DNA from: Heterodontus francisci
Taxonomy: Eukaryota
NCBI RefSeq assembly: GCF_036365525.1
Contig: NC_090413.1
Span: 26,798,262 to 26,862,261, forward strand
Direction of reading: 5' to 3'
DNA length: 64,000 nt
This document shows positions 58,601 through 64,000 of this stretch, one piece after another. The notes beneath the pieces were generated by a model that worked only from the letters and a program-made list of their open reading frames with translations, did no database searches and had not been told where the DNA came from. Numbering within the stretch: position 1 is the first letter of the stretch; every line of letters begins with the position of its first letter. The position numbers and the translations under genes are program-made.

Positions 58601-61600
58601 GCACAAACAGACCCCGGTTACGTGAACTACATAAAGCTGCATTATGTTCTGGAACCTTCTGGTATGGTTGCAGATGATGATGGTGAGTTAAGCAGCAGTA
58701 CTAAGAATTCAGTTACACCTCCATTTTTGGTTGTTGGTGTGCTGTTTGCTTCATAGTTTGCAATGACCTTGTGATGTTCCATGGGTCCTGGCTGTTAGAT
58801 GTACTTTCTCAGAAGGCCCTTTGCTCAATTCTTCCCTTGTAATACGCACAATTCCTGAGAAAGAAGGGTTGGCAGAGAACCTCCTCCCAGGTCCTCACCC
58901 TCGTCACACTGCCATTGGCTGTTGGTTGGTGTTTGGAAACAGCAGGATTGCCCTTTGGTAATTGTGAGCAGTAGTCAGATCCCAGGTTTATTTTTGTCCC
59001 AGCTTAATTATCACCATCGCTCGGTGAGTAGCACTATTTCATGAGTCAGAAGGTTGTGGGTTGAAGCCCCACTCCAGAGACATGAGCACAATCTAAGATG
59101 ATACCTCATTGTGGTACTGGGGTCATGCCACATTGTCAGAGGTGCCACATTTTGGATGGGACAGTTAAGCGAGATCCCACCTGCCTGTTCAGGTGAACGT
59201 ACAAGACCCAACAGCACTTTTTCCGTGAAGCTGAGGTGTGCCCAGTGTCCTTCTGGTGGGGCTCCTCCAGCACCATCACAACAGATTATCTGGCCATTCA
59301 TCTCACTGCTGTTTATGGGATCGTGCTATGTAAAATTTGATTACCTTGTTTCCCTACAACAGTGACTGCACTTAGGTTCATTTGCTGGGAAGTGCTCTGG
59401 GATGTGAAAAGCGTTCTGCAAATGCAGGCTCTTTATTTAGATGGGTAGTTAAGGAACTAACATTCTTACAGAGCCAGTTGTTGGTTCTGTCTCCCAACCC
59501 TAAGTGGGCTGCGAGTCCTCTTTTCAAACACTGATTAGCCTGAGGCTGTAAGTTCCAGCATTCTCTGTCTTGATTTTAGATGGCAGCATTTGCAGATTGT
59601 TTTTTTCCTATTTCTTTTGACGTTCTTGTGATTTTGGTGCTGATTGAGGTGCTGGAGATTTGGACATTTCTTTCAAATAACCAAATGTCAACTTCAAGCA
59701 CTGCTCGGCAACGTTCCCTCTAAGTTCTGTTTTGTGATGAGCTTGTTGCCCTGCACGGTCCCTTTAGGTTGATGCTGGACTGTGCACACGCACGTCTTAA
59801 AGGGAACAGGGCTTGTATTCAGGCTGTTTGTTCCCTGCACAGAATATTCCCAATTGCCATGTGGCTGTGCACCCACGCAGCTTGGAGTAAACATTGCTCA
59901 GAAACCTGTTGGACGCAGGGGCAACAGCATTCCTTCTGCACCAGTAATCTTGAATGAGATTGTCCATCTAATGTTGAATTAAGGACAGTTTTGTGTCCAT
60001 CAGGAACTATTGAGACTGGCCAAACACATTTAACAATAACAGCCATCCTGTCACACTGGTCTGAATTTGAACCCAGGCCTAAAGTTAAAAGCCAGTATTT
60101 TCACCCACTCTTTCATCTAATGTCCGGTCGCAGAGCAGACCTTGAGGTATCTGAGTAATCTGATTCTCCGTGCTATGGTTCAATTTCACCACCCCCTCTC
60201 TACACAATTCGGTCCCTTTTTGGTTGATCTCATCTCCACTTTTCCCCGCCATATTCCCAAATCCTACCTATTTCCAGAAATGAAATAGCCTCTTCCTGAT
60301 CCTGTTAATACCATATGTTGGAATGATAATATTCCCTGATAATTTGCTCAGCTACAGTTTGTTGGAAATAATTCTGTGAGTTTTCTGTTTACCCGCTGTT
60401 TTTAAACCTTTCCGTAGTGAGAGTGATTTGGCGCAATGTCACCGTTCAGTTAAAAATGTTGATGCTTGACAGCTGCACTTTGTTAAATCAGTGAAAGGGT
60501 GACGCGTGCAGGTCTGTCAACCATTAACTACAAATAGATTTTCACTTCATCTTCAAACTGGGATGTGGGGGGGTGGTGGCACCATATTCTCACTGGTGTC
60601 TGTGCTGAAAATGGGTTCACTCCTGTCGTAGTACAGCACTGGGAGTGCAATTGGGTGGCATCTTCTACCAATGTTAGCTCATCTTCCAAATGGTGGTTCT
60701 GACGCAACAAGCAGGTGGAACTTGGCTCATTTGCATTATTGAAGATTTGTGGTGGTAGAATTGCAGTGTTAAATCGAAGGATTAAATTGAGGAAGTTAGT
60801 TCATTTTATATTAATAAAAGTTCACCGAATTGTGTGATTGAGGATCTCGAAGGATTTGTTTAATCTTGCAGTTGTTGCTAATTAGTTTGCTACTGTGAGG
60901 TGCTTTGTTGTTGGAAAACTAAAACAGATCTTGTTTCTCACAGGATATGATGATAAGATCTCGCTGCATTTTGTAGTGACTGACTTGAGGGGAAGGAACC
61001 TGAAACCTGTGAAAGAAAGTACTTTGTATCAGGTATTTTAACCAACGTGCATCGTAACCCTTTCCTACTCGGAAGGCTAGAAACCTGCTATCGTGGCATT
61101 GTACTGGGTTGCCAACAGCCATGAGAACTCACTGATTGTACTGTGTAGCAACTTGACATGTCACTATGATTATAATAGTGGGATATGCAATATTGAAATG
61201 TGAAAAGAGAAGTTTTTAGATTTCATTCTTGCAAATTTGATTCTGTCTGCAGACAGTCTTTTGCATTGTAAACACTACAGTGAAGTACTGATGCTTACAG
61301 GTCTGGCAATGGTGCTGGTAGAAATAACTCGAGTTGAGGTATTGCAGAACATTGAGTGTTTTAGCTTCAGTGAATTTCATGTGTAAATCTCTGAAGTTAC
61401 CAATGCGATAAATATGTCTATCAGTGATACTGCATCGTAAAACACAGAGCTGTAGTAACTATATCCCCTGATTACTGCCTATTTCTGGCTGAAAGTGTTA
61501 GAGCTCTGGGTTATTTTTTCTCTCTTTGTGAAAAATAGCTAAGGACATTTTGGGATGAATTGAGTTTGTGATGAAAACTGGTAAATATGCAGTGTCCATG

Positions 61601-63665
61601 GGCAATATTAAATTGAAACTCTGGATGTGCAGCTTGCTTTAATTATGATGATAAAGGGGTGTGCTAGTATACTGTATTGTAGAGAATACCTATATACATA
61701 TATATATATAGGTAGATAGAAGTATTCAGTGGATTTGGGAAGCCACGATAGTTCACATGATAAGGCACTGAGCCCTACAGATCACATTCTGAGTCAGAAG
61801 ACCATGGGCTCAAGTCCCACGCTAGAGACGTTGGCACAAAATCTAGTACATTACTGAGGGAGTGCTGCACTGTGCGGAATACTGTCTCAGGTACACGTAA
61901 AAGATCCCACGGCACTATTTTGAAGGAGAACATGGGAGTTCTCCACAGTGTCCTGGCCAGTATTTATCCCTCAAACAACATCACTAAAACAGATTATTTG
62001 GTCATTAGCACATTGCTGTTTGTGGTACGTTGCTGCCCATAAGTTGTCTGCCATGTTTTCCTAAGAGAACACTAAGGGAGCCAATGGATATGGGGATGGG
62101 GCAGGAAAATGGAGTTGAGGTAGAAGATCAACTTTGATCTTATTGAATGATGGAGCAGGCTCAAGGGGCTAAACTCCCATGATCTTTTTCAAAAAAGTGG
62201 CAATAGATCTTTTACGTCTACCTGTGAGGACAGACAGGGCCTCGGTTTAGCGTCTCATCTGAAGGACGGCACCTCTGGTGCTGCACTGGGAATGTCAGCT
62301 TAGGTTTTTGTGCTCAAGTCTCTGGAGTGTGACTTAAACCCACAACCTTGACTCAGATGAGAGGGTTTCCCACTGAGTCACAGCTGACACTGTTTGGCAT
62401 GTATATGTTCTGGTACATATTGTCCTTGCCAACTGTGCAATCAAGGGTAGTTAAGAGGAGTGGTTTAAATGCTTTCACTGCTTTACATTTTCATGAGGAC
62501 AAAGTCTTAATGAGATATATAACCACCTTGTGCCTGGTCTTTCTGTGTCTCCCTGCAACCCATCTCTTGCATCTTGTGAATTTCTAGGGCAAGTACCTCA
62601 CAGTGGAGCAGCTGACACTTGACTTTGAATATGTCATTAATGAGGTTATAAAGAATGATGCTTCCTGGTCAAAGCGATACTGTTCCTTCAGTGATTATGA
62701 TATTGTAATCCTAGAGGTAAGTGGATTTAGACTGAACAAGCATTGTGTTTCAGCCAGCCTGGCATGGTATGCGTGACAGGACGTGGCTTCACAGGGTGAT
62801 CCTTCATGTGGCCAGTCCAGTCATTGGGGTAGTCAGTCTGTGTCACTTTAATTGGCCTAAGTGAAGAGCAAAATAAAGGCTGGATAAGATTATTGTCAGT
62901 AAAATAAATTAGAGCTGATTTCTGGAGACTATAGAATTAAAGTATGATAAATTTGAGCTGGAGAGATTGCTAGGACTGCAGCTTCATTGGTCAGTAGCCC
63001 CATTACTTTACAGCAGGTGTTAGAAATTGAAAGAGATCTACGTTTTTGTTCAAGCCCCAGTTTATTATTTCTATTTTGTTTTAAACAGCAATATCTTCCC
63101 AGTACCCCACACACCATCTGTGACCGGGCGAGGGGCCAGCAGTAAGGTCATTGTTACTTGCACTCTGAAACTGTCCATAAAGGGTAGTCTTGAGTGTGAC
63201 CAAGAATGACTGAGATTCCAGTTTTTCCCTTGATGTGGGAGGTGAGTGGTTGGTTTATTCCCATGGACTTCAGGAGCTTGATATAGGAACGCAAGCATTT
63301 TTAGGAATAGACAAAAATCTTGAGGCCTAACTGCTCAGCTGCTCTCCACAGATCAGCCCACCTTTATCACCTTAACATATTCCTCAATCCACCCTTTCCA
63401 AGTCACATTGTCCCTTCGGCACCTTTATATTGTCTGCTCAAAGGCCTTGTATGGTGTGTGGAAAAGCGTGCACATAAACCAACTGCTTACAGATTGTACT
63501 TTCAGTGCAGTTCGTTCTTGTTCCCTTGGCTTTTGGGACTGTCAGTAACATCAGTTCAATAGTGATCTGTTTCCGTTTCAAGGTCTGCCCTATAACCAAC
63601 CATGTCATCATTAACATAGGACTGCTGCTCTTGGCATACCCTTCAGATGAAGAAGGACAAATAAG
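43557..63665 (+). CDS. DCAF15: DDB1- and CUL4-associated factor 15, exons 1-10 (3' end beyond the window)
   Basis: join(43557..43631,46392..46489,54000..54144,54946..55052,56224..56360,56458..56628,57870..58682,60944..61032,62588..62716,63583..63665); recognisable motifs [77 protein letters not shown]. Confidence 0.96.
46392..46489 (+). CDS. DCAF15: DCAF15 exon 2
   Basis: [33 protein letters not shown]. Confidence 0.93.
46788..47990 (-). mobile_element. CR1 LINE 3' 1.2 kb (antisense arm)
   Basis: [20 protein letters not shown]; (cgaacata) tail at the left end. Confidence 0.9.
48498..48837 (-). mobile_element. Young V-domain tRNA SINE (HE1-like) nested in CR1
   Basis: Same family as 13997-14357. 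Confidence 0.92.
49982..53010 (+). mobile_element. Near-full-length decayed RTE LINE (APE endonuclease + RT)
   Basis: [67 protein letters not shown]; (AAG)n tail. Confidence 0.94.
54000..54144 (+). CDS. DCAF15: DCAF15 exon 3
   Basis: [17 protein letters not shown]...[14 protein letters not shown]. Confidence 0.95.
54946..55052 (+). CDS. DCAF15: DCAF15 exon 4
   Basis: [36 protein letters not shown]. Confidence 0.95.
56224..56360 (+). CDS. DCAF15: DCAF15 exon 5
   Basis: [45 protein letters not shown]. Confidence 0.93.
56458..56628 (+). CDS. DCAF15: DCAF15 exon 6
   Basis: [45 protein letters not shown]. Confidence 0.96.
57870..58682 (+). CDS. DCAF15: DCAF15 exon 7 (long linker)
   Basis: 813-nt open exon with [13 protein letters not shown] and [14 protein letters not shown]. 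Confidence 0.92.
60944..61032 (+). CDS. DCAF15: DCAF15 exon 8
   Basis: [22 protein letters not shown]. Confidence 0.94.
62588..62716 (+). CDS. DCAF15: DCAF15 exon 9
   Basis: [43 protein letters not shown]. Confidence 0.95.
63583..63665 (+). CDS. DCAF15: DCAF15 exon 10
   Basis: [27 protein letters not shown]. Confidence 0.94.
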
Positions 63666-64000
63666 GTAAGGGAAAAGTAACCTTTAGAGTGTGTGCAGTT
63701 CTGAAACTGTAGACCTGATAGATCTGAGGCTACACTTGCATCATATATTAACTGTCTTGGGAAATCTGAAGTTTGTTCCATTCAAGGACTTCATGGGTAG
63801 GTGCTCACACTGACCTTTCGGCCCAGACTAATGAGATGCAATTTTCCTCACTCTGTTGCTTCTAAGAGTGTAATGTGAAATGAATTTGCCAAGTCTCAGC
63901 ACAGTTCATAGTGGCCCTTGCCTGCAGCGTTAAAATGTACGTTTGCTATCAATTGGCATTAACTTGCCAGTCTGACTTGGAGCAACCACAAGGATGGCTG

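Overview
Vertebrate genomic DNA, very likely a shark or other elasmobranch (V-domain HE1-type SINEs, DeuSINE-type SINEs, CR1/L2/RTE LINEs, Penelope-like remnants). Four intron-containing genes lie on the + strand, reconstructed by hand from GT-AG sites and reading phase: (1) the last two exons of a type II C-type lectin (EPN/WND); (2) a complete 8-exon paralogous type II C-type lectin (273 aa, YENF tail, TM, three neck exons, EPN/WND CRD); (3) DNASE2 (6 coding exons, 362 aa); (4) the first 10 exons of DCAF15, which runs off the window. Most ORFs in the supplied track are retroelement debris or spurious. Best candidates for a second look: a minimal hammerhead-ribozyme motif (Penelope-derived) in sense orientation in the putative 3' UTR of the lectin gene; tiny ribozyme-centred Penelope mini-elements with target-site duplications, one of them an almost loopless palindrome; a perfect 50-nt inverted templated insertion bracketing DCAF15 exon 2; an inverted young SINE pair bracketing the in-frame DNASE2 exon 5; a near-identical intronic tract shared by otherwise diverged lectin paralogs; head-to-head LINE structures with two outward-facing tails; and an NF-kB/IRF motif cluster upstream of DNASE2. 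No database searches were run; family names come from recalled motifs, and repeat boundaries are approximate.
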